From: Eledone cirrhosa
Lineage: Eukaryota
Assembly: GCA_964016885.1 (NCBI GenBank)
Contig: OZ024743.1
Span: forward strand, 254,634,001-254,698,000
Direction of reading: 5' to 3'
Length of the DNA stretch: 64,000 nt
Position 1 is the stretch's first letter; each line of letters opens with the position of its first letter. The notes beneath the pieces were generated by a model. It saw nothing but the letters and a program-made list of their open reading frames with translations, was not told the DNA's origin and did not search any database. Made by a program: the position numbers and the translations under genes. This document shows, in pieces, positions 1 through 12,199 of this stretch.

Positions 1-1060
1 CAAATTCAGTTTCCAGAGTTGGATTTTATTTTCTAGTTCTCTTATGGTTTTAGCTATAAGAACCAAATCATCTGCATAGAGAAATTCATATGAGTAGCCC
101 ATTTTAATCTCCTCTGTTATGGTATGAAGAACAAAGATGAATTGCAAAGGGCTAAGAACTTAACCTTGATGAAATTTTACCTGTATATTGAATTCATCAC
201 TAAACTTATTTCCAGCTCTCACTCTACTAAAATCTCCTCAGTACATAGCTTGCACAGCTCTCACAATTTCCTTAAGGACCACCAGATAATAGATTGAAGT
301 ATTCTGTCAAGGTATTCTTCTCTTGATCAACAAAAGCTAAATATAGTGGCTTATCTTTGGCTAGGAATATCGCTGCCTCACTAAGAATGGGGTATCTGTA
401 GTACTTTTCCCAGGCATGAAACCAAATAACATTTCATCTATTTGACTGTTTCTCTAATTAACTGTACTATAACTCTTTCTGTAACTTTCAGTACTTGGTC
501 CATTAGTTTTATTCTTCTATAGTTGCTACTTTCTAGAGCATCACCTTTGACCTTGTAGTGATTTATGATTACACTGGTTTGCCAGTCTTTGGGTAGGACT
601 CTGTCATGTATTACTTAATTTACTATATGTGTTAGTAGCTTGACTCCTACCACTCCCAAATCTTTTAGCATCTCAGCAACTATTTCTGATCATCCTGCAG
701 CTTTACCGTTCTTCATCTCCTTGATTGCATTTTTTACCCTAAAACTGTCATCTTCAATAGCTGTCCCTTCCATTTGGATAAGTTAGATGTAATTTCTCTT
801 CCTTCCATTCATAAATATCTCATAGTAACATTTCCAGGCCTCTTTCTTTTGGGCATCAGTAGTGCTAAGTGCACCAGTATAATTTCTAACATTTTTTCCT
901 CAACAACATCTTGATGCACACTAACACACTGACATGCAATGCAGAACACTTCACGTCTCTGATCCTCACATCTCAAGGCATTGGGAAAAATACTTTCTTC
1001 AGCCTCTCTTCGAGCTGAGTATACCTGTATCAATTGTACAGTTTCACTACCAGAAGACCG
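1..1060 (-). mobile_element. Decayed RTE-clade LINE fragment (reverse transcriptase region), runs off left edge
   Basis: Minus-strand translation gives FHQG*VLSPLQFIFVLHTITEEIKMGYSYEFLYADDLVLIA, and ORF 809-1033 (LRCEDQRREVFCIACQCV) parallels the RTE copies at 8682-11657 and 14908-18973. Many stops and frameshifts. Confidence 0.85.
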
Positions 1061-1174
1061 TCTGTCTGGCTGGCACTTTACTCCAGTTGCATGTCTCGTT
1101 CATAGTTCACAAAAGGTTGCCAGGTAAGAACTGTCACATAGGAATATATAAATATATATATGTAAAACTGCTTC

Positions 1175-2705
1175 ACCGACTTATCCCCGAGATGGCAATG
1201 GGAGCAGAATCCTCAAACACTCATTCTAATGGGTATTGTCAGCAGCCACTGTCGCCAATTGATCCAGCAGGATTCACAAGTGAGACTAACCAAGCTCATG
1301 GATGTTATCCAACCATATTGCTTGGGGTCCACCCCAACCCCAATTAGTTTTGCCCATACAATCTGCCCGGTGATTCTTTTTTGAGACATTCTAACCACAC
1401 GTCCATAATATCAGAGTTGTGATCTCTTAATTTAGAGACGTAGCTGATCTATCTAGAGCAGCACTTTGATCTCTGCGATATGCCCTCTATTGAGTTATGT
1501 TACTAAAATAAACCCTTTGAAGGAACCCTATTTGGCAATTTGTATTAGTGATTGTATAATTTCAGTCATTACCCCAGATTCATGACCATAAGTAAGGGTA
1601 GGCACGAATACCAAATTGAAGGTATAGTAAGCAAGAATACATCTCTTGGCAGTACTCCCACGATTTCTTAAAGACTTGCAGCAGTGTGAATATTAGATCA
1701 GCTTTGCTGCATCTGAGATGAAAACCAGACCGTTCATCGGCTAACGCAGACTCAACAATCTCTCTACTTCTGTTTGCCAGACACTTAGCAGAGACTTTAA
1801 TGGGGAGGTTTAAAAAGGAGATCTGTCTATAATTGAAACAATCTCTTTTGCCTCACTTTTTGAAAATTTGGATTATCTCTACCAATCGCCATTGCTTATG
1901 TGCCTTACCAGAGATCCAGGCCTCCTGGCACATACAAGGCAGCTAGAGAATACCTTCTCTATTTAAGACTTTTAACATCTCAGGCCAAATTTCCACCTCC
2001 TCAGCCTTCGAGAAATTAGTCATTGCTCCCAAATACACCATGTGTACATCAGAAGATGTTGTCATGAAGTTTAAGTGATCTGCAAATTATTTTCTCTACT
2101 TCGCAAGAATGCACTCTCTCTGTAGAGAAGAGAACCTGAGGAGAACACTGATAGCAAGTGTGGAGGAAACTTATTACAAAATTGGCAGATGGTCTGCCAG
2201 AACATTATTTGCTCATCTGAAGTCAAGATTCTAGCTTAACCTGAAAGTATCCCATGTTTTAACTTTGGATGCCTTTACTCTTTCTGCTGTGATTTAACAT
2301 GTCTGCTTGTACAAAGAGGTAGACATTTTTCCCAAGCGAAGCTTTGTAGGCCTCTTTCTTTGCTCAGATGGCATTTTTTACTGCTTGATAGAACCAAGGA
2401 ATCTTCCTGCCAGATGGTGCCACAAGCTGCTTTGAAATGCAGCACCTAATACCTGAAGTAGAAATTGCTGAGCTGAACAATCTCCACTCTGTTTCACTCC
2501 TTCGGTTTGCTGAGACAGCTGTCTGAATTTTGATGCAAAATTATCCACATACCTGGTCCTGATTTCCATATCTAGCAATGGATTCCACTTTATTCTGTAA
2601 GTCAACCTAGTTCAATCGGTTTTGTGGACTTCTTTGGCCTAAGTTGCAGATAATTAGATGGTGATCAGTTAACAGCTCAGTCCCTCTCATAACATAAACA
2701 TCCAG
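1175..2705 (-). mobile_element. Rex3/Expander-like RTE LINE, decayed, with the RT core deleted
   Basis: Minus strand reads in order: endonuclease end (DVYVMRGTELLTDHHLIICNL), linker, RT N-terminus (EIWPEMLKVL...CFNYRQISFLNLPIKVSAKCL...ERSGF), then directly the C-terminus (FVPTLTYGHESGVMTE...VVRMSQKRITGQIV). Confidence 0.8.
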
Positions 2706-2869
2706 TATAGAATTGAAGAGGTTAGAGACAAAAATAAAATCAATTATTAATCTCTGTCCTTGATTCCTCTTATGTCATGTATATGTTTGGATGTCTCTAT
2801 GCTGGAAGAAGGTGTTCATAATAGAGAGTCCATTGCTAGAACGGAAGTCTAATAAGGCCTCTCCACTCG

Positions 2870-2872
<3 letters not shown>

Positions 2873-2912
<40 letters not shown>
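2873..2912. repeat. (TA)n microsatellite
   Basis: Perfect TA run. Confidence 0.95.
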
Positions 2913-2915
<3 letters not shown>

Positions 2916-2993
2916 CATTATCATTTAATATCTGTTTCCCTGCTAGCAAGTATTGGACAGATCTTCAGTCAGTGCTGAAACAGGGTTACTCAC

Positions 2994-3042
2994 TTGTCAG
3001 ACAGGCAAGGGTCCACATTTTCTTTAAATACGCTCCCACACT
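2994..3042 (-). CDS. Candidate 49-nt internal exon of an unknown host gene
   Basis: On the minus strand: T-rich acceptor gattgtgtttatgctgtag, then AGTGTGG...GACAA, then consensus donor gtgagt. Two frames are open: (E)CGSVFKENVDPCLSD and SVGAYLKKMWTLACLT. No homology recognised. Confidence 0.3.
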
Positions 3043-3109
3043 CTACAGCATAAACACAATCATACACACATAATATAGAATCAGTAACAGACTGATTCAT
3101 TTCTGTTAT

Positions 3110-3505
3110 TAAATCACCTGAAACATCCTGGTTCTAGAATAGAAAGAAACTTATTTTAAAGGGTTTATATATATATATTTGAACACTTCCTATTATGTTA
3201 TGCAAGAACCTTCGTGTTCCAAACAACAGTTTGATAATGAGAAGGTAAGTTATATTACTAAATCCCTCCCAATTCTTCATCATTTTCAAAATGATTTTTA
3301 AATTATAGGCAGTGTTTTTCTTTAGTAATATCTTAATGAAATGGTTAAAGTGTTGATATTTATCTAAAAACCTTCCATCATGATTAATGTAAGAATTTTG
3401 TTTCAAACATCAGCTTAATAATAAGAAATTCATTTTACTGAATTCCTTCCCATTTTCAAAATGATTTGGAAATTATGGGTATTGTTTTTCATAAGAAATA
3501 CAGTT
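3110..3505 (+). mobile_element. AT-rich MITE-like repeat, two degenerate tandem units
   Basis: Shares motifs (ccttccatcat.att..atgt, gttccaaa.a.cagcttaat, ttatattactaaatc, cattttcaaaat.attt) with 51490-51924, 54122-55005, 57369-57497 and 62015-62480. Confidence 0.55.
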
Positions 3506-3529
3506 GTGGAAGGATTTAAGGGAAGAAAT

Positions 3530-3725
3530 TGGATTAATTGCCTTATGGTAATTCTTTCAACTCTCTGCACTCTGAGTTCAAATCCTCTTGCAGTTAAATC
3601 TTTCATCCTTTCAGTGTTTTGGAATAAACTATAGGTTCAGAGTGGTAGATTGCTGGCATTGGTAGAGGATAGGATATGATGTCCTATAATATCTGTTTCA
3701 GTTCTGGTTTCAAATCCTGCTTCGT
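3530..3725 (+). mobile_element. Decayed tRNA-derived SINE remnants
   Basis: B-box-like ctgagttcaaatcc followed by tttcatcctttc, as in the better copies at 45190-45365 and 56490-56820. Confidence 0.5.
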
Positions 3726-4254
3726 GTCACTGGAAAACTGTTGTGAAGATAGGACTGGCATCCTTCTCATTAAAACACCCAACTTCCAAGTCACCTCCTG
3801 CGATGTGACCTCATAGGAGGCAAGTTAAACCTATGTAGATCTGTGTCATAACAACGCCACCAACATGTATATGTATAAACAGAATCAGGATGACACAATA
3901 TGTGACAAGGCAAGCTCTTTCTATTATAGATACAATCCATCTGACAAGACTTCAAAGTTTCTATCTATCCAATTTCACTGACAAGGCTTGGATCAACCCA
4001 AAGCTATGGTTAAGATGCTCAAAATACCATTGAGTGAGACTGTAACCTGAACTTCATGATTATGAAGTGACTTTCTTAACCATCTGTCACATTTGTATCC
4101 ACAGGTAGCAAAATAAATAGAAAGATAACAAATTCTGAAGAGCTAAAGCTGGGGTAATTTTAAGCCCACTTTGGTCATGAATCACTATAGGTTTGCACTC
4201 AAAAGCTTCCCTTATCAGACTCAAACCTGGGTTATGTATATTTTTGTGAAAGAC

Positions 4255-4490
4255 CAGCAGTGAATCAGGCATAACAGTCTACCCTCTCCATGCCACACCA
4301 ACAGTGTTGTCCAAGGTAAAAGCAATGGCCAATACAGCTTGGCCCCAATGATATCATGTCATTTTTTCCAGCTAAGTAAGCTGGAGCAATGTGAAATAAA
4401 GTGTCTTTATCAAGGACAAGACGTTATCCAGATCAACAATTGAACTCACAATCTCATGGGTATAAGGTCTAACCACTAATCCATGCACCT
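4255..4490 (-). mobile_element. tRNA-derived SINE (same family as 50085-50398)
   Basis: Reverse complement reads gcatggattagtggttagacc...gtgagttcaatt...tccttgataaagacactttatttcacattgctccag. Confidence 0.65.
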
Positions 4491-4723
4491 TCACTAAAGC
4501 CAGGGTATAATAACTGTGAAATAAGTGTAAAGTGAAAAATATATTTTGAATGTTAGTATGAGATTTACTTAGTGACAAAGACAAGCGAATAGTGTTGACA
4601 TGAGGAATATTTCACGAGAAGAATCTGATATCAGTTTGACACTATCCTTGAATTGTCTTAATATGGATTGCTGGAGCATGGCTTTTTGGAAAAGTTGTTT
4701 AAATGGAAAGTTCAGAGGTGTGA

Positions 4724-4783
4724 ATGGAAGGATCCCCAGTTGATCTTCCTTCACGTTACACATATTCCTGGATCCTGAGAGAG
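4724..4783 (+). CDS. Candidate first coding exon (MEGSPVDLPSRYTYSWILRE)
   Basis: ATG at 4724, 20 open codons, then GAG|gtaagg donor, in non-repeat sequence. No homology recognised. Confidence 0.2.
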
Positions 4784-5044
4784 GTAAGGTAGATTTACAT
4801 ACTTCTCATTACTGATGGATATAAAATAGATTTACTGATGCAACAGAATTAAATTACAAACACATACAGACATATATGTATGTATATATATTTATATATA
4901 TATCCCCACAGGCACAGATGCATACATACATATATACACAAATTCATGCACCTACAAACATCACATGCATGCATATATGAATACACATATGCATGCTTAC
5001 ATACACACATATATACACACAGATGTTCACAAATACACATATAG

Positions 5045-5200
5045 TGATAGCAATATGGTTTAGAAGTTCACTTTGAAATCACGTTTCAGATTTGATCTCA
5101 CAGTGAATGGCACCTTGGATACATGCCTGTTATTATATCCTCAAGCTGACCAAAGCCTCCAGAGTTTATATTGGTAAATAGAAACTGTTTAGATGCAATA
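5045..5200 (+). mobile_element. Decayed SINE
   Basis: tRNA-like head (tggtttagaagttcactttgaaatcac) and body ggcaccttgg...ctgaccaaagcc, resembling 62900-63055. Confidence 0.5.
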
Positions 5201-5584
5201 AAATCAATTATACCTGTAATGAACATTATCACATATTTTGCCATACTGATTCTACTAGAGAAGTATGTTAAGAGCACAAATATTTAAGGAATGCTCAGCT
5301 ATTTACAAATTAATTCACAATCAAACTCCTGAAATCTCATGGTCAAAACCAGCAAAAGATCCATTATAAATAGACTAAAAAACTGAACCCACATAGTTTA
5401 TATACACATATACTACCATATTAACACCAAACTGTTTCTCTCATGCACAAACACTCGTCTACCTTTCTATTTCTTCTCCCCTCTAATTCTACCTTCAGAG
5501 GAAGGACTAATGTCCAAAACATTAAGATTCTTTTCCTAATATAACAAGCATTAACTAATACATATCTTTGTATTGTGTTAATCT

Positions 5585-5680
5585 CCGTGACAAGTGGAGG
5601 GATGCTGTGCTGAATAGGACCCGTCCAACCTTTGCAAGCAGGGAAAAGTGGACGTAAAATGATGACGATAATGATGATAG
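5585..5680 (+). mobile_element. RTE 3' terminal fragment with (GAT)n tail
   Basis: Near-identical to 12665-12757. Confidence 0.8.
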
Positions 5681-5816
5681 TATGTATGTGACTGGGAGAG
5701 GGTGGGCTTTGCTGGGTTTAAATGTGCCCTAGACATGACATATGATGGTGCCTCTATGACTCCACAAGGAGATATGCGATCTTTATCCTTTCTCCTATGT
5801 ATGTATGTATATATAG

Positions 5817-6470
5817 TATCATCATCATCATCACCATCATCATTTAACGTCCATTTTCCACGCTAGCATGGGTCTGGACGGGAATTGTCCCACTTGAGGC
5901 GAGATTGGTTGTCTCGCTCAGGACTGTCTGGTGAGTTTTCTACGGCTGGATGCCCTTCCTAACACCAACCACGTTTGCAGTGTGGACTGGGAGGTTTTTA
6001 CTGTGTTACCTACACGGCCACATTACAGCGTGGACTGTGTGTTTTATTGTCGTGTCACCTACACGTCTGGCGGGTTTTCTACGGCTGGGTGCTCTTCCCA
6101 ACACCAACCACGTTTACAGTGTGTACTGGGAGGTTTTTACCGTGTTACCTACACAATCACATTACAGCGTGGACTGTGTGTTTTTTGTCGTGACACCTAC
6201 ACGACCTCATTTGTTTCGGACTGGATGTTGTGGTACCAACATAACTTCACATTTAAGGGGGTGGTGTGGATGTGGTGGGGGTAGTGGGACGGGGGTGTAT
6301 TTTGTTAGAGGTGCCTACTGACTGTAGGTTTCGCTTTGTACTTAGGCAAGGCAGGTCTTCTGTATAACTGTGTAGCACCAAAGATCTCGGTCCAGTGACA
6401 TTGTCTTGGAGAGGTGTAGGTGTGTGAGGTCGGAATTTATCAAGTCGTCCCAGGTTTTTCTGGGTCTGCC
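5817..6470 (-). mobile_element. 5'-truncated RTE (last codons, 3' UTR and (GAT)n tail), same family as 8682-11657 and 14908-18973
   Basis: GRPRKTWDDLINSDLTHLHLSKTMSLDRDLW on the minus strand; the 3' UTR aligns with 14908-15560. Confidence 0.9.
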
Positions 6471-6495
6471 TATATGCATACATATATATAGAATA

Positions 6496-6529
<34 letters not shown>

Positions 6530-6577
6530 CACAGTAATAATGTTTATGAAGACCAAAATGCAAAGAGGGCTTGATAA

Positions 6578-6619
<42 letters not shown>

Positions 6620-6622
<3 letters not shown>

Positions 6623-7021
6623 AAAATTTCGCTCTACATGGTTGAATACAATAAATGATCAGCCAGTCTGCTAATATGCAAATCAGGTCGATCAGTCACT
6701 GTGTATTTTTGAAAATAGCATATATTTTCATTAGCTCTGATAGTTTGGCAGGTGAACAGTGAGCTGTACTGATGAAAGATGATACCCAGAAACATTAGTG
6801 TCTACAGTTCTTTTCGCATGCTAACACAAGAGCGAGAATGAAGTGTTCATTCTACTGACATGGCTATAAAATTGAGGCTTGTTTGCATAATTCCAAACGA
6901 ATCGAATGTTATTATTAATATTCGAAAAAATCAGATTGCATTTAATATATATGAGTTTCAGAATATCCCGTTAAGGGTGATAGCAGCGATTCTTTGCTTA
7001 AACTTTAATCTGTTATTTTAA
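6620..7021 (+). mobile_element. PLE 3' end (pseudo-LTR) remnant carrying a hammerhead ribozyme, flanked by TA-rich sequence
   Basis: Contains the type I hammerhead at 6761-6810. Its last ~65 bp recur inverted at 11702-11768 and partly at 12790-12820. Confidence 0.6.
6761..6810 (+). ncRNA. Type I hammerhead ribozyme (minimal, PLE-type)
   Basis: GAGCUGUA-CUGAUGA-aagaugauaccca-GAAA-CAuuagUG-UC-UACAGUUC. Stem I has 8 bp (one G-U), the core is intact, stem III is short and the triplet is GUC (predicted cleavage after 6802). Stem II pairs poorly. Confidence 0.75.
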
Positions 7022-7103
7022 TAAATATATTTATATATATAAGCAAGCAGGGAAAAGCGAACATAAAATGATGATGATATATATATATTTATATATATGT
7101 AAA

Positions 7104-7186
7104 TAGAGTGAACGACAGAATAATTAAAATAAGACTTGTCCTCAATAGAACTACTGTGACAATAATATCTGCTTATGCACTCAGAA
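7104..7186 (+). mobile_element. 5' piece of RTE copy A (endonuclease), split off by a CR1 insertion
   Basis: Encodes RVNDRIIKIRLVLNRTTVTIISAYA, matching ORF 18105-18290 of copy B; the RTE sequence continues at 8682. Confidence 0.85.
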
Positions 7187-8680
7187 CAGTGTCATTCCTC
7201 TGTTCAAAAAGGGTGACCGCACATCACCTATGAACTATCGTCCAGTCAGTCTTACTAGTTGCATTGCCAAACTGATGGAATCCTGTGTCAGAGAAACACT
7301 TTGGAACTTCTGGAACTCTCACAGTCTTACCCGGCCCTCGCAATTTGGATTTATCCCAAACTCCAGCTGCTGTGATCAACTTATTGAGTTTGTTGAGGAC
7401 ATCACCTGGATCACTGATGGTGGCTCATGGATGGATGTTGTTTACTTTGACTTTGTGAAAACTTTCAATTCTGTGCCACACAAAAGGTTTATGGCAAAAC
7501 TCTCTGCAATGGGTGTGAAGGATGATCTTTTTAACTGGTTGAAGTCCTTCATTCTCAGTCGAAGAGAGGTAGTTCTGGGACAGCATACCTTACCATATGA
7601 GATGTCATCTGGTGTACCACAGGGATCTGTTCTTGGCGCCCTTTTGTTTGTGGCATATATTAATGACATAGATGCCAAATTAAAGAATGCCACAGTACTA
7701 AAGTATGCAGATGACATCAAGTTGTGCCTTGAGATAAAAAGGACAGATACTGAACACTATAGATCTTGCTTGCAGTCTGACCTGGACACAATGCAACAAT
7801 GGATCTCAGACTGGCAACTCAAGCTAGCTGTGGACAAGTGCACCACCATGCATTTTGGGAGTAAAAACCCAATGCCCATACTCCCTTCACAGCACTAATA
7901 TCAAGAAGTCTTCTTGCGAACGTGACCTGGGCATTACGGTCAGCAGCGATTTGCGTTGGACGAAGCACGTCTCTAAAATTATCAAGAGAGCTGAGGGTGT
8001 CTTAGCATCACTCAGCAAGACCTTTGTCAGCCACTCTCCAGCTATCTATTTAAGGCTGTACATGACTATGGTGTGGCCACACTTAGAATTTGCATCAGCA
8101 GTCTGGAACCTCTATCTTGCTCAGAACATTGACCACCTGGAAACTGTTCAGAGACGTGCAACCAAGCGAATACCCTCCATCAGGCATCTCTACCATACTC
8201 TGAACGCCTTGCTTCCCTGGGCATGGATACATTGAAGCTCCGACGCCTGGCAACTGACTTGGTAAACGCCCACAAAATTGTTAACCATCTTGCCAACAAC
8301 AACCCTGAGTACCTTTTTGATTTCCATGTGTCTAACACACGTGGACATGTCCACAAAATCAGAAAACAGCACAGTTCCCATGACTTTCGGAAACCTTTTT
8401 TCATGCTCAGAGTTGCTGAAGCATGGAACAAACTACCTGCATCAGTTGTTAGCTGTCGAGACTCTGCATCCTTTAAAACCTCCATGCTCCCCGAGATTCG
8501 CCAACACTACACCTAATGTTCCCCCTCCACAAACATGCACACATGAATATCATGACTCATACACTGTTCACTTCCCTGACATTTGTATATTATTCTATGT
8601 ACTATACATGCACCTTTGACGAGTTGTAGTGCACCTGAGCACTTTACACAATAATTTCATTATTATTATTATTTTTTTTT
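7187..8680 (+). mobile_element. 5'-truncated CR1-clade LINE (RT, 3' UTR, (ATT)n tail)
   Basis: NYRPVSLTS, QFGF, DVVYFDF, SGVPQGSVLG, KYADD, ERDLG, RVAEAWNKLP; frameshifted; co-linear with 36175-37650. Confidence 0.92.
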
Positions 8681-8681
8681 A

Positions 8682-11657
8682 AATCCGGACTGCCTGGCAT
8701 TATAAAAGATAGATTCTATGAGTCGTTAATGCTCACTACCTTCCAAATAACCAACAGTGACTATATAATTATTGCTGGCGACTTAAATGGTCACGTTGGA
8801 CAACACTATGACGGCTATGATGGAATCCATGGAGGCTATGGGTTTGGTACTAGAAATGAGGAAGGCTCCAGAATCCTGGTATTCAAAAAACGAGACAATC
8901 ACTTGATCACCTATAGATCAGGGGAACACGCCAATCAGATAGATTATATCCTTACCAGAAGACATGACAGAGTGTCTGTTGTAAACACTAAATCCCTCCC
9001 CCATGAAGAATGCACATCCCAACATAGCCTCATAGTTAGCGACCTCATAGTCAGGACGAGATGTACTCGACAACAGAGGAGGACTATCCTTAGGAGAAAG
9101 ATATGGAAGTTAAAGGACCCCACAGCCAGTAATAAATTTAAAAGCATACTACTTGATGCTTTTGACAGTAAGGAAGAGCAATTAGAGTCGTACAATATAG
9201 AGGAACAGTGGGAATTCCTGAAAGCTAACCTGCTGAAGGCGACAGATGAAATCTGTGGCTGGAGCAGACCTATAGGCAGGAGGAGAGTAACTTGGTGGTG
9301 CAACAGTAAGGTGGAGGAGTTGATCAAAGACAAAAAGCAGGCTTGGAAAGTATGGCGGGATGGGGGAAGTAGAGAAGACTATCAAGTGGCCAGGAGGGAA
9401 GTTAGGACACAAGTGTACTTGGCAAAAAGGGAAGCAGAGGAAAGAAAGTTCAAGCATGTTCTACAATGCGAGGAACAAAAATGTGAGGTGTTCAGGATTG
9501 CTAGGCAATGTGTCAAGGAAAACCGTGATATTGTCGGGGAGAAGTGTGTCATTAATGATGATGGTGTACTTGCTATCACTGACGCTGATAAGAAGGTAGC
9601 TTGGAAGTGTCACTACGAAAGGCTACTAAATGAGAATAAATGGGAGAAAGACAGTCTCCCCCACATTGATCCATTAGAGAGACCAGCAATGCAAGTTGAA
9701 GGTAGTATAATAAGTAAGGCAATCAAAGATATGAAGACGGGTAAGGCGGCTGGGCCTTCGGAAATAGTTGCTGAAATGCTTAAAGCATCTACCATGCTGG
9801 GACAGACTATGGTCACACGGATAGTAAACCAAGTCATACAGAATGAGGTCGTACCAAAGGACTGGCGTAGCAGCATCATCATTAACTGCTACAAGGGTAA
9901 AGGAGATGCTCTTGATAGGGGAAACTATAGAGGCATTAAATTAATTGACCAGGTCATGAATGTCACAGAATAAGTAATAGCGCAACTAATCAGAGAGCGA
10001 ATTGATCTAGATGAAATGCAGTTCGGGTTTGTGTCAGGTAAAAGTACCACAGACGCTCTTCTCATTGTACGAAAGCTACAGGAGAAGTACCTATCTAAAA
10101 GTAAACCCCTATACTTAGCTTTCGTTGACTTGGAGAAAGACTTTGACAGAGTCCCATGCCCCATTATCTGGTGGGCTCTCAGAAAACTAGGTGTTGATGA
10201 ATGGCTTGTGATAGCTATACAAGCCATGTATAAAGAAACAGTCAGCAAGGTTAGAATTAACAACGAATATAGTGAAGAGTTTAGCGTAAAAGTTGGTGTT
10301 CATCAGGGCTCCGTCCTGAGACCCTACTATCTATTATTGCCCTCCAGGCTATAACAGAGGAGTTCAAGACTGGCTGCCCTTGGGAACTCCTATACGCTGA
10401 TGATCTAACACTTATAGCTGAATCAATGGCTGAACTAGAGAAGAAATTCCAAACATGGAAGCATGGCCTAGAATCAAAAGGCCTTAAAATTAACTTGTCT
10501 AAGACTAAAGTCCTAATATGTAGGAAGGAAAATAGGGCAGTGGTCCCATCTGGGAAATGGCCATGTTCAGTGCGTAGGAAAGGAGTAGGCAGTATCACTA
10601 TTTTATGTCCCAAATGCAAAGTCTGGGTGCATAAAAGATATAGTGGGATCATAGGTAAGCTAACTAAGAAAATATATTTTATATGTGGCCGGTGCTCAGG
10701 TGCAATAAGTAGCAGCAAATGCCCACAGAATACTAGCTCTTTCCATTGCCCAGATGGTTCTATAGAAATAGTGGACACCTTCCGTTACCTGGGTGATAAA
10801 ATCAGCAGTGGTGGAGGGTGCTCTGAAAGTACAGTAGCTAGAGTTAGAACGGGATGGAAAAAGTTCAGAGAGCTTATACCACTATTGGCCGCTAAAGGTT
10901 TCTCTCTAAAAATGAAAGGCAGGCTGCATGACGCCTGCATACGAACAGCGATGTGACATGGCAGTGAGACATGGGCCTTGTGTGCAGAGGATCTATGCAG
11001 ACTGGAGAGGAACGAAGCTTGCATGCTCCATTGGATGTGTAACAGTAATATACTCGAACGGCAAAGCATAAATGAACTAAGTGAGAAATTAGGAATAAGA
11101 GGAATCAGATGTTGTTTACTCGAGAGAAGACTACGTTGGTATGGTCACGTGATGCGCATGAAAGAGGACAGCGGTATAAAAAAGTGCAGGGTGATCAAAT
11201 TAGACGGTAGCTACGGAGTAGGCAGACCCAGAAAAACCTGGGACGCCTTGATAAATTTCGACCTCACACACTTACACCTCTCCAAGACAATGTCACTGGA
11301 CCGAGATCTTTGGCGCTATGTCCTAAGTACAAAGCAAAACCTACTGTCAGTAGGCACCTCTTAACCAAAATACACTCCCGTCCCACTCTCGCCACTCCCA
11401 TCTACACCACCCCTTTCGATGTAAAGTTATGTTGGTACCATAACATCCAGTCCTAAATAAAAGAGGTCGTGTAGGTGTCACGGTAAAAACCTCCCAGTCC
11501 ACAATGTAAACGTGGTTGGTGTTAGGAAGGGCATCCAACCGTAGAAAAGCTGCCAGACAGTCCTGAGCAAGACAACCAATCTTGCCTCAATTGGGACAAT
11601 TCCCATCCAGACCCATGCTAGCGTGGAAGATGGACGTTAGACGATGATGATGATGAT
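8682..11657 (+). mobile_element. RTE LINE copy A (APE endonuclease plus RT), disrupted
   Basis: IIAGDLNGHVG, QIDYIL, NYRGIKL, QFGF, AFVDLEK.FD, VGVHQGSVL, YADD, RRLRWYGHV; premature stops and frameshifts; (GAT)n tail. Confidence 0.95.
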
Positions 11658-11701
11658 ACATACATACATCCTTCCTCAGTTTTATATATATACATATATA
11701 G

Positions 11702-12133
11702 ATTAAAATAACAGATTAAAGTTTAAGCAAAGAATCGTTGCTTTCCCCTTAACAGGATCTTCTGAAACTAAAAACACCAATCTGTGAACACAGAAGTAAA
11801 TATTTCGGAAAATGTTGCAACCGAAGGAAAACAGGAAGACGATACTTTGGTTCGTGAAGACGTTCCCTGGCAATGAACAGATAATAGCAAACATAATACG
11901 TCATCAACGTTCGTCAGAATGTCGTAATGCAGACAGCCAGACATACAGACAGATATTATAAGAGCATGACGGAGATGGATAACCGGCGCCTAAGACCCCT
12001 TTAACAACAGAAAATTGAAAAATAGAAGCTGCAGCTAATCTTTAGACCGCAAGGAATATATAAATGCAAGTTTGAAGTCAATCGGAGTAGAAATGTGGAT
12101 TTGCAAAAATGAAGACACACACAGACAACATCA

Positions 12134-12140
<7 letters not shown>
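11702..12140. repeat. Composite repeat: inverted PLE tail (11702-11768) followed by a possible non-autonomous Helitron/Helentron-like segment
   Basis: The first 65 bp are the reverse complement of 6955-7021. Later come cagac repeats and aagtttgaagtcaatcgg...acagacaacatcagttttatata, reminiscent of HINE/Lep1-type elements. Confidence 0.4.

Positions 12141-12194
<54 letters not shown>
12138..12194. repeat. (TA)n microsatellite
   Basis: Perfect TA run. Confidence 0.95.
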
Positions 12195-12198
<4 letters not shown>

Positions 12199-12199
<1 letters not shown>

